Below, in pieces: positions 28,650 to 39,002 of a stretch of DNA of 64,000 nt. The notes under the pieces were generated by a model. The model saw only the letters and a list, made by a program, of their open reading frames with translations, searched no databases and was not told the origin of the DNA. The DNA lies in IMG/VR virus record IMGVR_UViG_3300006467_000276; one strand, written 5' to 3'. The stretch is from an uncultured virus (IMG/VR IMGVR_UViG_3300006467_000276). Lineage: Duplodnaviria > Heunggongvirae > Uroviricota > Caudoviricetes. Position numbers and translations under genes: made by a program. Numbering within the stretch: position 1 is the first letter of the stretch; the number at the start of each line of letters is the position of its first letter.

Positions 28650-29138
28650 TTACTGAGCTACCGGTACATCGACCCGAAACAGATATCGCACCAACCAATA
28701 GTGCTCACTATCCCCAAGCCGCATTCCGTAATCTGTTAGGTATTGAGTGATCAGATGTTGACCAGTATCTAACGAAAGAGCTGAAGGCGTTTCGGTAGGA
28801 TGGCCTCCGAACACTTTCATGATTTCTTCAGCTAAAGCACCAGCAACATCCTTAGCCGCCGTTGAGTCCACCGTTTTGGCATAGACTCGAAATTCCCAGA
28901 TGATGTCTCGAACTTCTCGGCGAGCTGACAGAGTGCCAGACAGCCTGTTGACAACAATCGGCTCTTCTTGATTGAAAATGCAGTACGGAAACGGCTGCTC
29001 AGGAGCGGCTTCTTGATCATTGAGAACAAGAAAATCATCTGAATCATCACCACCCCAGTAAGCAGTGAATAGATCGTCGAGATCTGCTGAATCCCAAGCA
29101 GTCGCCACAGCCTCATGAACATCTCGAGACCCAATCAT
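28650..29138 (-). CDS. Tail terminator/completion protein
   Basis: APEQPFPYCIF, WEFRVYA; canonical position before the tail tube. Confidence 0.6.
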   Translation of the reverse strand: MIGSRDVHEAVATAWDSADLDDLFTAYWGGDDSDDFLVLNDQEAAPEQPFPYCIFNQEEPIVVNRLSGTLSARREVRDIIWEFRVYAKTVDSTAAKDVAGALAEEIMKVFGGHPTETPSALSLDTGQHLITQYLTDYGMRLGDSEHYWLVRYLFRVDVPVAQ

Positions 29139-29608
29139 TTAATCGGACCTGAAAGGATTTGTCGAATTCTATCCTGCTGCTCAAAGAGGGTTCTGGTCAG
29201 AAATCGACGATCCAATTTTGTTTCGAGTACCAATCCGTACCACACAGGTGACCCAATGAACCCGTCCACCACACCCGGTGATGTCTTGACGGTGTCAGTG
29301 AAGATAGACTTCATCAGAAGAGTTGTATCGGCTCTTGGGTACTCTCCTGGCTTACTTCGTTCGATGACAACAACTCGACCGGTCCGAGCACTGATGCCTC
29401 GGGTAACTGGTTTGCTGATATTCAGCACCACCTTAGTCTTAACGAACATCACCGCGATGCGGATTCGTTGCCACAAGGTGAGTTGGATCTCGTTCAGTCT
29501 TTCTTTGATGAACCACTCATCTCGCCGAAGACGTGCTTGGGCAGCAGACACTCGACGGACGCGAGCTCTTTCTACTGCCTGAGCACGTTGTATCGACTTG
29601 ACCGGCAT
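29135..29608 (-). CDS. HK97 gp10-like tail completion protein
   Basis: Basic; SKPGEYPRADTTLLMKSI...YGLVLE...RRFL. Confidence 0.7.
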   Translation of the reverse strand: MPVKSIQRAQAVERARVRRVSAAQARLRRDEWFIKERLNEIQLTLWQRIRIAVMFVKTKVVLNISKPVTRGISARTGRVVVIERSKPGEYPRADTTLLMKSIFTDTVKTSPGVVDGFIGSPVWYGLVLETKLDRRFLTRTLFEQQDRIRQILSGPIK

Positions 29609-30222
29609 CAGTTCTCACTTGACGAAGATGACATTCGTGCAACCCAAGAATCAAAATCTTTTTCAAGTTTGGGTTGCGTATTGAAAACTCGACTGCCTGG
29701 ATTGAGGAGGTAATCTCCTGGGAGATCGTCGATGTCTTCCAGACTCAAACTCGACGGCCCTTCGACGAGCTTACCTTCGTCCGCTTCGACGATATGGTAC
29801 AGCTCTCGGCAAAGAGTTTTCATTGAGTTTGCGTCCAGTTTCCCTTCACTCTTTGGAACAGGTCGAAGCTCGGAGTCCGTTCCTCCTTGTCGATTTTCCT
29901 TCAACCACCGCTTGATCTCGGCAAGGATTTCATCTTCGCCTTCGAGACCATCAGTGATCTCGTAAGTCTTTTTCAGAGGAAAGACCGTGATCACCATTCC
30001 CGGAATACGAGGCAGAGAGCCCAAAGCAAGTACCCGGTCTTTTGGTACACCGATGATCTTGCCTGTTGTTGCATCTCGAACCGGCTTCGAGCCTGAAATT
30101 GAACTCCGCAACCGACATCCAGGAATCGTCTGAATGAGAAGATCTGAATTTTGCGGATGATCAGCCTCAACTGAAAACTTTGTCAGTGTCGCCATTTCAG
30201 CGATAGCTTCTTGAGTAGCCAT
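29608..30222 (-). CDS. Hypothetical protein downstream of the major capsid gene
   Basis: 204-aa ORF with RBS GAGG; ends MSSSSSEN. Confidence 0.7.
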   Translation of the reverse strand: MATQEAIAEMATLTKFSVEADHPQNSDLLIQTIPGCRLRSSISGSKPVRDATTGKIIGVPKDRVLALGSLPRIPGMVITVFPLKKTYEITDGLEGEDEILAEIKRWLKENRQGGTDSELRPVPKSEGKLDANSMKTLCRELYHIVEADEGKLVEGPSSLSLEDIDDLPGDYLLNPGSRVFNTQPKLEKDFDSWVARMSSSSSEN

Positions 30223-30263
30223 CTATGTTCCTCTTCTCGCCCTTGGTTTCCTCGGAATGCAGT

Positions 30264-30302
30264 AAAAGCCTGGGGGACGTCCGAGGAAGTCGTCCCCCAG
30301 GC
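30264..30302 (-). terminator. Rho-independent terminator after the major capsid gene
   Basis: GCCTGGGGGACG...CGTCCCCCAGGC 12-bp stem then TTTT. Confidence 0.85.
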
Positions 30303-30338
30303 AGGGCGAGAGTCAGCTACACAGCCAACTCAGCGAGA

Positions 30339-32012
30339 TTACGCAGGAGCAGTCGTCGTCGAAGCAACAACTGCACCACGCTCAGCCTGACCGCCATAGC
30401 GAGCCATGGCCACCATCAGCATTTCATTGTTTCGGATCAACGTATCACCTTCAGTGGACTGTCGAACTGAGAATCCACGTCGGCGGTACATCCGGTACCG
30501 AGCAAGGATGGCGTAGAAGATCTGCGAGTTCGAAAGAGACTCATTGATCTTGTACGGGCGTTCCATCCAAGTGTACGAATCATAGTTCATACCACCCAGA
30601 CGACGTGCATCCGATGCACCGACCGGAATTGCTCGAGCCCGCTGATAGCTGGTTTCTGTTCCGCAGAAAACAGCGGTACGGGCAATAGTCGATCGATGCT
30701 CTGCCTTGGAAACACCGAACCGAAGAGATTCATAGTTGCCAAGGGAAGTGGTGCCGCCGAATGCAACAGACGTCGCCCTGGACTTGTTCATCACGCCTTC
30801 CGGCTGAGTCGTGCCGTTCCCGACAGCAATCACGTCATCGAGATCCTCGAGCAACCGTTCACCGTACTGGCGAGTGATAGCCGCTCCAAAATCAAGAGGC
30901 GTGTCGGACATGAAGTCCAGTCCAATCCGAATAGCACCTTCCCACCGAAAGATGGTCGTATCGAACGCTGACACGTACGACGCGGTATTGAACAGGTTGA
31001 TAGCGGAGTCGTCAACCCCGCCCCAGCTTCCCGTCACCGTCCCAATTTCCACCCCTTCGATCCGACGACCTCGTGCCAGCGGTACGGTGTTTACCAGAGG
31101 AAAAAGCTCACCGTAAAGAAGAGGAGTTTCGATAACCATGTCATCGAACACGATTGGAGCAGCTTCCAGGCCGCCTGACGTTGAGTCGTCGATAAGCGCC
31201 TTGATCCCGCCGGGGGCATAGCCTTTTTGGATTCGGGATTTCTCATCGACACTGGAGTCCCACTGCTCTTCTGCACATAGATGGTGCAGCAGGCATTTCT
31301 CGTGGTCGCTGAGCATTTCCCAGGCACGCTGAGCAGACCCGGCGATTCTTGGGATTGCTGAAGCGAGCTGGAACTTAGCCCAAGCCCCTGCCAGCGCCTT
31401 GCCCCGCTCAGATGCCGAATCCAGCCCACGCCCCATGTCCGTGACACGCTCACCGGAAAAGGTGTGCACGCCACCTTTCTGGGTACGATCAGGGTACACC
31501 AGAGCCGATTTGGTCGTCCCGTACGATTCAACAGCCTTCTTGACACGAGGTGCCGCAGAAACTGACTTGGAACCATCCAGAAGATCATCACCGCCGGCAT
31601 TGTGGCCGAGTGCCTGCCGGATCTGCTCAATCGACATGGCCGTCGTGTCTCCGGTCGCTGCTCCGTCCGAACCGACAGCCTTAGTGCCGTCTGGTTCTGA
31701 GTTTTTCGTGCCGCCTTCGTCTGCTCCACCTTTCTGTTTCTCTTCTTCAGCAGGAGCAGATTCAGTAGACTTCGGCTGAGCAAGCGACTCTTTGATGGCA
31801 GCCATCCCATCCGCAATTGACTTGAGTGTCGATTGCAGTTCCGAGACGGCTTTTTCTTCTTCGTCCGTTGTGAGTTCCGAGTACTTTTCGACCGACAACG
31901 AACCGTCTGCAAGTGCCGCACCGGCGGCCTTCAGAAATTCTTCGTCCGTGGCATTGGCTTTGACGTTGACTTCGTCAATCAACCACTTCCGAAGACGGGC
32001 TGTGAGTTTCAT
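30339..32012 (-). CDS. Major capsid protein (HK97 fold) with N-terminal scaffold-like region
   Basis: SGGLEAAP, D..IAVGNGTTQPEGV, ARYGG; follows the prohead protease and precedes a strong terminator. Confidence 0.85.
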   Translation of the reverse strand: MKLTARLRKWLIDEVNVKANATDEEFLKAAGAALADGSLSVEKYSELTTDEEEKAVSELQSTLKSIADGMAAIKESLAQPKSTESAPAEEEKQKGGADEGGTKNSEPDGTKAVGSDGAATGDTTAMSIEQIRQALGHNAGGDDLLDGSKSVSAAPRVKKAVESYGTTKSALVYPDRTQKGGVHTFSGERVTDMGRGLDSASERGKALAGAWAKFQLASAIPRIAGSAQRAWEMLSDHEKCLLHHLCAEEQWDSSVDEKSRIQKGYAPGGIKALIDDSTSGGLEAAPIVFDDMVIETPLLYGELFPLVNTVPLARGRRIEGVEIGTVTGSWGGVDDSAINLFNTASYVSAFDTTIFRWEGAIRIGLDFMSDTPLDFGAAITRQYGERLLEDLDDVIAVGNGTTQPEGVMNKSRATSVAFGGTTSLGNYESLRFGVSKAEHRSTIARTAVFCGTETSYQRARAIPVGASDARRLGGMNYDSYTWMERPYKINESLSNSQIFYAILARYRMYRRRGFSVRQSTEGDTLIRNNEMLMVAMARYGGQAERGAVVASTTTAPA

Positions 32013-32073
32013 CGTATGACCTTTCATCTCACAGTCAACAAAACACTCTTCCCGACCGCCGGGATTCCGTGCA

Positions 32074-33591
32074 TCACTTAGAGCCTACCAATCCTTTAAT
32101 GGATTGGAATTCTCGATGGTTTTTCTTCTGCTCAAGCAGCTTAGACAAGACATTCACCAGTCGTCTCTGCTCAGCTTCATCTGCGGACACCATAAGCACC
32201 GACATCGCTTTTTGGACTTCGTTGCCTGTGTCGGTGTCTGCATCAGCGTTCAAATCTTCGTCAACGGACTTCTTGTCCAATTGAACTGCCTTTTCGGTCT
32301 TCCTTTCGATCTCAACAGTAGTCGAAACCTCAACCTGCACAGGATCTCCGAAGAACTCAGCTACCTCATTTTGATTCTGACTCCAAGATGCCTGGTAATA
32401 TCGATATTCGACATCATCGTCACTGCTTTGGTCAATGTAGCAGCAAATGACAGCTTCGCCTGCCCAGGTTCCTAGTACATAGGCATACGAATAGACGTAG
32501 TTATCCGGAGTCTTTTCGGGTACCAATCCCTTGTCTTTGAGAAACCGATGAGCCTGGGCTCCGAGCTCTTCAATAGTCTTCTCCCAACTATCATCGAGCA
32601 TTCCTGCGTAAACCGGATACCACTTCTCGGTCAACCCTTTCGAGTCTTTGGTGTCTGCCGCTTCTCTGGTTTCATCCTTTTTGGTTTCGGTTGATGAGCT
32701 ACTTCCTCCTTCGGAACTTCCTGTCTTCGCACCTCCGCAGGAGCAGCTTCGTTTGGTTTGGTCTGATTCATCGCCCTTCTTCTCCTTCAATTCGTCCGGC
32801 AAACCACCTGCAACTGTTGTGGTGGTTTGCTTTTCTCGGATATTAGCTCCTACCGCTTTCATGACACCGCTGGTAAGCTGCTTGCCTTCGACCAAATCCA
32901 GAATCACTTCCTCAGTCTCAGCGTCAGCATTAGACGGGACACTGACTAGAGATTCTTCGAGAATCTCAAATCGTTTGATGTCAAATCCACCACTGGATGT
33001 CTCTCCGGGCTCAGCCTTCAATTCACTGAATTGAAGAGCCCGAAATCCATGAGAAAACCGACCCATTTTGTTATCAACCATCACTGCCGAATCATGAGCC
33101 AGGTCGTTGATATCGACAATAGCAGTCACCACCGAAAGTTTACTCTCAGTATGATCGACGATGGCGAGCATTTTACCAATCGGTAGAGTGTGCACATGCT
33201 GCCAAAGCAAGAGCATCTCAGGATCTGGTTCAGCTCCTGCTGTCCTCAGAATGTCACCGTCACGATCCATCCTGGACGTAGTCAAGGTGTTCTTGAAAAC
33301 CATCAGCGTGTTCTTTGGCAATTCGTAATCACCGCCGACAGATTCAGTATGAGATTTCTCCTCAACCGTCATTTCAGGATTGTTGTAGGTCAGTGTTCGG
33401 GCTGACTTTGATAGCACATCTTGAAATGACACTCCTCTGGCGGTGAGGTTTTTCCAGCAAAACTCATCACCGACGCAGACCTGCAGATTTTTGACGTACT
33501 CTTCTGCTGTCCGGATCCCGTACTTGAACTCAGTAGCCGTAGACTTCCGAGCTTTGATCTTCTTCAGCAGTTCGGTATTCGGATGGGGCAT
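32074..33591 (-). CDS. HK97-family prohead protease with C-terminal extension
   Basis: DRDGD, LLWQH...PIGK, FSHGF, ILEESLVSVPSN. Confidence 0.85.
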   Translation of the reverse strand: MPHPNTELLKKIKARKSTATEFKYGIRTAEEYVKNLQVCVGDEFCWKNLTARGVSFQDVLSKSARTLTYNNPEMTVEEKSHTESVGGDYELPKNTLMVFKNTLTTSRMDRDGDILRTAGAEPDPEMLLLWQHVHTLPIGKMLAIVDHTESKLSVVTAIVDINDLAHDSAVMVDNKMGRFSHGFRALQFSELKAEPGETSSGGFDIKRFEILEESLVSVPSNADAETEEVILDLVEGKQLTSGVMKAVGANIREKQTTTTVAGGLPDELKEKKGDESDQTKRSCSCGGAKTGSSEGGSSSSTETKKDETREAADTKDSKGLTEKWYPVYAGMLDDSWEKTIEELGAQAHRFLKDKGLVPEKTPDNYVYSYAYVLGTWAGEAVICCYIDQSSDDDVEYRYYQASWSQNQNEVAEFFGDPVQVEVSTTVEIERKTEKAVQLDKKSVDEDLNADADTDTGNEVQKAMSVLMVSADEAEQRRLVNVLSKLLEQKKNHREFQSIKGLVGSK

Positions 33592-33612
33592 ATGTCACTT
33601 CTTCTAGCAGAA

Positions 33613-33903
33613 CTAGATGTCCCTGCCGCCTAAATAATGGATGTCGAGATTTGCAGCAGACCCGTCGTTGATGAATCGAATCCGACGAAGATCTTCAATC
33701 AGGACTAGCATCGGAGCAAGACCAGCCACTAGAGACATGCCCGATGATGTTGTCGGATCAGTTGAATCGTCCATAGTGTATTTGATACTGCTGCTGCCTG
33801 GATCAGCCTGAATTTCTGCATGAGTTGCCTTAGGCGGAATCGTAAGATTATCCGCTGTCTTTACTGCACCTGTGGCAGTGATTTGCTCATAGGACAGATG
33901 CAT
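33613..33903 (-). CDS. Small beta-rich protein, possible head decoration
   Basis: ORF in the head cluster. Confidence 0.5.
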   Translation of the reverse strand: MHLSYEQITATGAVKTADNLTIPPKATHAEIQADPGSSSIKYTMDDSTDPTTSSGMSLVAGLAPMLVLIEDLRRIRFINDGSAANLDIHYLGGRDI

Positions 33904-34265
33904 TAGATCCCCCGAACCAAACACGTGGCATCGATAGCCACCACCTGCTCACAGCTCACTTTGTCTCCAGAATCAACACTATCAAGCCATGTGTAGATAC
34001 TTCCTGGAGTGATAGATCCATCTGCTCGGCGAAAGGGTATTGCCGCTGACGGATCTCGAGACACTCCAAGTCTTTTGAGTGTGCTGTGTGTTTTCTGCCG
34101 TAACTGTAGAACAGCTTCGAGCGGACTGACCTGAATAAACCGCACAATCGACAACACATCATCAGTGCTCAGGCTCTTGACAATTCTGTCCCGATCTGAT
34201 CCATCAGCATCAACATCGGTATTGTCGAGCACCGGACTGGTTTGAGGTTTTTGTCGAGCAGCCAT
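33903..34265 (-). CDS. Hypothetical protein
   Basis: 120-aa ORF with RBS GAGG. Confidence 0.6.
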   Translation of the reverse strand: MAARQKPQTSPVLDNTDVDADGSDRDRIVKSLSTDDVLSIVRFIQVSPLEAVLQLRQKTHSTLKRLGVSRDPSAAIPFRRADGSITPGSIYTWLDSVDSGDKVSCEQVVAIDATCLVRGI

Positions 34266-34341
34266 TTCTGCCTCTAGCGAAGTTTGATTCTTGATAAAAG
34301 TCTTTCAAGCAGCACACGACCGGGTGATCATCGAATTTACT

Positions 34342-34788
34342 TTACGACGATTGACTCGATGAGCTGCTCTGCGATGAACTCGACTCACTCGAAGACGATG
34401 AACTGGATTGACTTGAGCTGCTCTGAGATGAACTGGATTCACTTGAAGATGATGAATCCGATGAACTACTACTCGAGCTGGACAGATCTTCCATCGACAG
34501 AATACTCAGTCGATCACCTGACGCAGGCCCAGGGAACTGAAGTGACCCTGTGTGGAAGTTGAGGATTGCTGGATTCGATGTTTCTCCTGAATCAAGCACA
34601 TCGACGAGCTTTGCCTGCCACATGATGTTGCTCGCCAAAGCAACAGTGACATTATCAACTACTCCGGCATCAGCGTTGTGAACTGCAGAGTAGCTGTCAT
34701 TACCAGCATCCGGGATTCGTGTGATGGTCAGCGTCCGGGTACTCAAATTCGACGGAGCAGGACCGAGATAAAAAGTCACGTTCTTCAT
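34342..34788 (-). CDS. Putative virion protein: Ig/FN3-like domain plus C-terminal poly-serine tail
   Basis: ~100-aa beta-rich domain then ~45 residues of Ser-rich tail ending QSS-stop. Confidence 0.75.
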   Translation of the reverse strand: MKNVTFYLGPAPSNLSTRTLTITRIPDAGNDSYSAVHNADAGVVDNVTVALASNIMWQAKLVDVLDSGETSNPAILNFHTGSLQFPGPASGDRLSILSMEDLSSSSSSSSDSSSSSESSSSQSSSSQSSSSSSSESSSSQSSSSSQSS

Positions 34789-34805
34789 TGGAAGTTTTCT
34801 CCAAC

Positions 34806-34851
34806 CAAAACAAAAGCCTAGAGGACTTATCGAATGAAAAGTCTCCTAGGC
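34806..34851 (-). terminator. Terminator/attenuator-like hairpin
   Basis: GCCTAGGAGACTT...AAGTCCTCTAGGC then TTTTGTTTT on the minus strand. Confidence 0.55.
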
Positions 34852-34939
34852 GGTTTATGGCTGCGGCAGACTGCTTGAACCGAAACGCTAAAGGCTGTCT
34901 ATCAGTTCGACAAGAGCAGAGTTTTACAATTCTTGAAAT

Positions 34940-35233
34940 TCAATCGGAATCCTTTCGAGCTTGAGGACGCCCTACATCATCGAGATAGACTCGAGTTTGC
35001 AGAACTCGTCCTCCTTGTCCTCGTATTTCAAGTCGAATGGTGAACTCTGAGCCGTTGGCCATCATATCGCAAAATTGACGATCGAACTGATTCATTTTAT
35101 TGAGAAACACCTCAAGCGAATCGTCCGGTCTTTGCTGAAGTACTCGTACCAGCCGGCTTCCTGGAGATTGGCTGCTTTCTTGCTGCTTTGATTCAGTCAA
35201 GGGGCTACCACCTCTACAGTTGATCCGCACCAC
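34940..35233 (-). CDS. Hypothetical protein
   Basis: ORF in operon context; start uncertain. Confidence 0.55.
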   Translation of the reverse strand: MVRINCRGGSPLTESKQQESSQSPGSRLVRVLQQRPDDSLEVFLNKMNQFDRQFCDMMANGSEFTIRLEIRGQGGRVLQTRVYLDDVGRPQARKDSD

Positions 35234-35622
35234 TGCCTCAGATCTATCAAAAATTTCTTGAAGTCAGCAGCAGTGAGTGAATGGTTGATAACGAATATTC
35301 GATCACTGTTATCCAGCTCCACCTCTGAGCAGTTTACTTGAATCGTACCGCCTTCGGGCTTCAGCACAGACGAGTCCTCAGGTCCTATCAACCGCTCCGG
35401 TTGAGCATGTGTAGTCCCTGTCCACCGAGCTATCAACATCGTGACTGATACTGGGTCTGCGAACAACACACACACCTCGGTATCCATCATTCGGTTGATA
35501 CTGGCCGCTAGCCTTTTTCTTTGGGTCTTCGATGTCCCAGGATGAATACGCACCAGAATTCTACTGCCTGCCGAAACAGGTTGTATTCCTTTGAGATCTC
35601 CAATCCTCGGACACTTAGCCAT
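35197..35622 (-). CDS. Hypothetical protein
   Basis: Overlaps the stop of the Mu-F-like gene. Confidence 0.6.
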   Translation of the reverse strand: MAKCPRIGDLKGIQPVSAGSRILVRIHPGTSKTQRKRLAASINRMMDTEVCVLFADPVSVTMLIARWTGTTHAQPERLIGPEDSSVLKPEGGTIQVNCSEVELDNSDRIFVINHSLTAADFKKFLIDLRQWCGSTVEVVAP

Positions 35623-36700
35623 CTTCCCTTGACTCCATTTCTCTTTGAGTTACCAAAACACGTTCATCGTACTCAGTACGAAGTTGACGAGCTTCTGCGT
35701 CAGTCATTCCGAATTCTACATGAACTGTACACAGACAATGGCATCGATGCTTTGCGGGCAAAATGATATCACCAGGCCATCGAACACGGTACCCCGCCAG
35801 CGTCCACAAATTTTCTTCATCAGCTGGGACCCCATCCAAGTCAGCATGTTCAGGTCTGGTTGTATCTGCAAGAATCGACAACCAGACTTTCTTCATCGGT
35901 AGATCAGGAACCTCAGCAAAAAACTCGTCGATCGCTGCCGATCGAGCCCCATTAAGAGCATTGGTCATTTCCGTCCGAGCAATTCGCTTTGCTCTGATAT
36001 CAGCTTGACGAGAAGTTCCTCCTAACTCTGATCGAATGCTCTCGGCCATCTGTACGATCGAAGCTCCGTTCACCAATCCTTCTTGGAGAAACTGGTGAAT
36101 GTCGCTCAGTGTCTCATTACCGATATCCACCCAATAATCTTGAGCGAATGTTTCCTTGAGCTGATTTTCGATCTCCTGCTTAATCGCTTCCGGATACTCT
36201 GTGGTGATCTGAATTGTTACTGTGGACGGTGTTCCATCAGGACCGACAACTAAAAATTCAAGATCTTCGAACCCACCGTCCGTCTGGTCATTCAGCCATT
36301 CTGTTGCTGTCGATGCTTTTTCAAAATCTCGAGCACGATTACCAAGACGAACGTACTCAGCCCCAGCAGATTGCACCATGCCCAGAAGCATAGGAGGAAG
36401 TGAAGCATCGATCAGAGCAGAAGTCCAATCCGATGGATTGAAAATAGATTCGGCTGTCGGTATCGAGCTGCCGGCGGCTGCCAATGCCTTTAGTGCAGTT
36501 TCTGCCGAAGTGATTTGCTCATCTATCACTTTCCGCACAGAATCAGCCAAAGCTTCCTCTGAATCATTTCGTTGATTCGAATAGAAATCTGCTGTAGATT
36601 TCCTCCACAGAGTGTTCGCCAATTTCGCAATTTCGGACGCTGCGAAATGCAGTCCGACTGATATCGCAAACTTCGGGTCATTGTGACTCAGACTCGGCAT
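35615..36700 (-). CDS. Phage Mu gpF/SPP1 gp7-like minor head protein
   Basis: RAKRIARTE, KVW....D.TRPEH..LDG, WPGD, CHCLC. Confidence 0.85.
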   Translation of the reverse strand: MPSLSHNDPKFAISVGLHFAASEIAKLANTLWRKSTADFYSNQRNDSEEALADSVRKVIDEQITSAETALKALAAAGSSIPTAESIFNPSDWTSALIDASLPPMLLGMVQSAGAEYVRLGNRARDFEKASTATEWLNDQTDGGFEDLEFLVVGPDGTPSTVTIQITTEYPEAIKQEIENQLKETFAQDYWVDIGNETLSDIHQFLQEGLVNGASIVQMAESIRSELGGTSRQADIRAKRIARTEMTNALNGARSAAIDEFFAEVPDLPMKKVWLSILADTTRPEHADLDGVPADEENLWTLAGYRVRWPGDIILPAKHRCHCLCTVHVEFGMTDAEARQLRTEYDERVLVTQREMESREDG

Positions 36701-38316
36701 GCAACCCTCTGAGCTATCTCAGCCGCATCGACTGATTTATCCGTCAACATACCACCAAGAGCACGCATTGCCTCTTCCAGTGCTCCAATTCCTTGAGAAA
36801 CCGATAGGCCCGATCCACTGATTCTTTCAGCTAAATCTGTTGGAATTCCTGCTGCCTCTAGAATAGCGGATGCCTGTTCTGGGCTGACTTTGCCTTGGTA
36901 CGACTGAGCGGCAATATTCAGAACTCCTTGGAGTGCTTGATGACTGATCACTGATTCATTTCGATCAACGTCAGGCGGCAGGCCCATAAAAGCCCGGAAC
37001 TCGTTCTGAGTGACATCTTGATTTCTTCGAGCATCTGTCCAAAGCTTCTGGTCAAGTGCCGGATCTTTTGCCTCACACGGGTCATACCATATCCGAAGCG
37101 AATCATTCCGAGAAGCCATCGGAACGAGAAAATCAGTAGACACAACACCCAGCAGATCAAGAAAGGTGTTCACTCTACTGCAAAATTGATCCTTCACCAC
37201 ATAGGCTTGAGCGTATGATCCGGCCATTGTTTCGCCGAGGATGAATGGATGAACCCCATACGCTGACAAGATTCGGGTACGGACATGACCTTCACTTTTT
37301 TCCCAGCCCATTTCTGTCTGAGTAGCTGATAGCCGTTCGATCTTCTCAATCAAGCCGTCAACAATCGCTGGATTACCGTAATTCGAAATCCCACCAGCGA
37401 CCTTTCGAATCGCACCGATAACCTGCCTTCTTTGAGGTGCTGTCAGTCTTGGGCGAATACCTCCTGGAACATCTGGATGCGGGTCTCTTCCTACTGTCAC
37501 AATGACAGAAGGGAAGATTCCGTTGTCAAAGAAACTTCTTTGACTGGTTTGGATTTTGGTATCGATTGAGATGGCATTTTCTTGAGCATCCGCTGGAGCC
37601 AATCCTTTTGATAAATCACTTGGATCCGGCAGCTGAGCAAATGCCACGTTCTTTTTGCTAAGCAAGACTCCTTCCGCTGTTGGATTATTCGGATTCACCA
37701 ATCTGAATTCAGAAAACAGTTCATTTCGGTGGACTGGTTTGATCCAGGTAGTCGGTACTGAATACAATTCAAGGCTGCCGTCCTCGGTTTCTCCGCCGAC
37801 AAGATAACTCCATCCAGTCAAGGCAAGATTGGCAATGAACGAGTAGATGAATTGGAATCGGTACTGCACTGGATTTGGTTTTTCTAGTGCAGTCAAAATC
37901 GGATGATTGTTGAGAACCTCGATCTGCTGATTCGAAGCCTTCGCTTGTAGATGCGAAGGCATTCTTTTCCGATACTCTGCTGTCGCGTACTGTTTCTCAC
38001 CTACCTTTGGTTTCTGCTTCTGGTCTCCAGTGCCTAGAAGACGCACGACATTAGCTGCTTGCCCTGAGCCCTGAAGAGCCAGTGCATTGACAGCAGAATA
38101 GACCCAATGCCGATAATTCCGATATCTCTCAGCATCCTGCCCCGAAGAACTGAACTCGCTGAGAAATCCAGAAACTGGACCAGGCGAAAGTGATTGCAGC
38201 AGACCACTGGCACCAGTAGATGCAATTCTATCTAAGGCTGCCGATCGAGCCAGCGACGCATTCACGTCTCGGGCATCCAATGATTTCTTGATTGGAGAAT
38301 ATCTCATCGAACTCAC
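36688..38316 (-). CDS. Portal protein (HK97-like)
   Basis: WVYSAVN, HPIL..LEKPNP, FFDNGIFPS, ILSAYGVHPFILG, TQNEFRAFMGLPP. Confidence 0.9.
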   Translation of the reverse strand: MSSMRYSPIKKSLDARDVNASLARSAALDRIASTGASGLLQSLSPGPVSGFLSEFSSSGQDAERYRNYRHWVYSAVNALALQGSGQAANVVRLLGTGDQKQKPKVGEKQYATAEYRKRMPSHLQAKASNQQIEVLNNHPILTALEKPNPVQYRFQFIYSFIANLALTGWSYLVGGETEDGSLELYSVPTTWIKPVHRNELFSEFRLVNPNNPTAEGVLLSKKNVAFAQLPDPSDLSKGLAPADAQENAISIDTKIQTSQRSFFDNGIFPSVIVTVGRDPHPDVPGGIRPRLTAPQRRQVIGAIRKVAGGISNYGNPAIVDGLIEKIERLSATQTEMGWEKSEGHVRTRILSAYGVHPFILGETMAGSYAQAYVVKDQFCSRVNTFLDLLGVVSTDFLVPMASRNDSLRIWYDPCEAKDPALDQKLWTDARRNQDVTQNEFRAFMGLPPDVDRNESVISHQALQGVLNIAAQSYQGKVSPEQASAILEAAGIPTDLAERISGSGLSVSQGIGALEEAMRALGGMLTDKSVDAAEIAQRVACRV

Positions 38317-38693
38317 TCTTCAGTCTGTTTTTGAGCCGCCGTCGCCCGCATCACTTCGATCCTGGATTCTGCTTTCCATTTCTGGATCAATCGGTCGCAC
38401 TGGGACATCAGTCCAGGTATGGTGACGTCTTGTGCGATCGTCAATTCATCGCGAATGATCTCCAGCTCAGTTTCATATTTCTTATTGATAGCCTCGAGGT
38501 GGGCTACTTCTTGCTGTGCTTTGCTCAATCGAGATTCAAAAGCGGCGGCCGATTCTTCTAGCCTACTCAATCTCCACTGAACGCGGTTTTCAGTTTCTTT
38601 TGACTGTCTCTCAAGATTTTGTGCTCTACGGTGGAGTTTTTTCAAATACCGCCCAACACACCAACCTACCCACAACTCACGGATCCACTCCAC
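38313..38693 (-). CDS. Coiled-coil hypothetical protein
   Basis: Heptad-rich; coupled to the portal gene. Confidence 0.6.
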   Translation of the reverse strand: MEWIRELWVGWCVGRYLKKLHRRAQNLERQSKETENRVQWRLSRLEESAAAFESRLSKAQQEVAHLEAINKKYETELEIIRDELTIAQDVTIPGLMSQCDRLIQKWKAESRIEVMRATAAQKQTEE

Positions 38694-38988
38694 TGCAACC
38701 CTCCTCGGACTGTAGAAATAATTCGTTCAGATCGCCCTTCGGCAGCGCACTCAAGCCTGCCGCCTGAGCCGCACCTTCTCGCAGACATTCAACCAGCAAA
38801 TCAGCACATTCTCCAAATCTGTGAGTCGGAAACTCACATGACGTTCGATCAAGACGCATGTACCCTTTGCTGTCAACATGAAACAGAACACCCATCCACG
38901 GACGACCTGAGCTGGTCACTGCCTGAACTTGCTCTTTCAAGGCCTCAGTGCACGCTTCTTTCGTCTCATGGTTGACAACTTTCGTCAT
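38677..38988 (-). CDS. Hypothetical protein
   Basis: ORF with RBS GAGGAG. Confidence 0.6.
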   Translation of the reverse strand: MTKVVNHETKEACTEALKEQVQAVTSSGRPWMGVLFHVDSKGYMRLDRTSCEFPTHRFGECADLLVECLREGAAQAAGLSALPKGDLNELFLQSEEGCSGVDP

Positions 38989-39002
38989 TTTTGAAGTTCT
39001 CC

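Noticed and set aside
34900..34940. Shared late-promoter motif GAATT-N-GTY in gaps at ~8260, 9460, 34930 and 48955
   Set aside because: Spacing varies from 15 to 19 nt and the motif is too short to support by eye.
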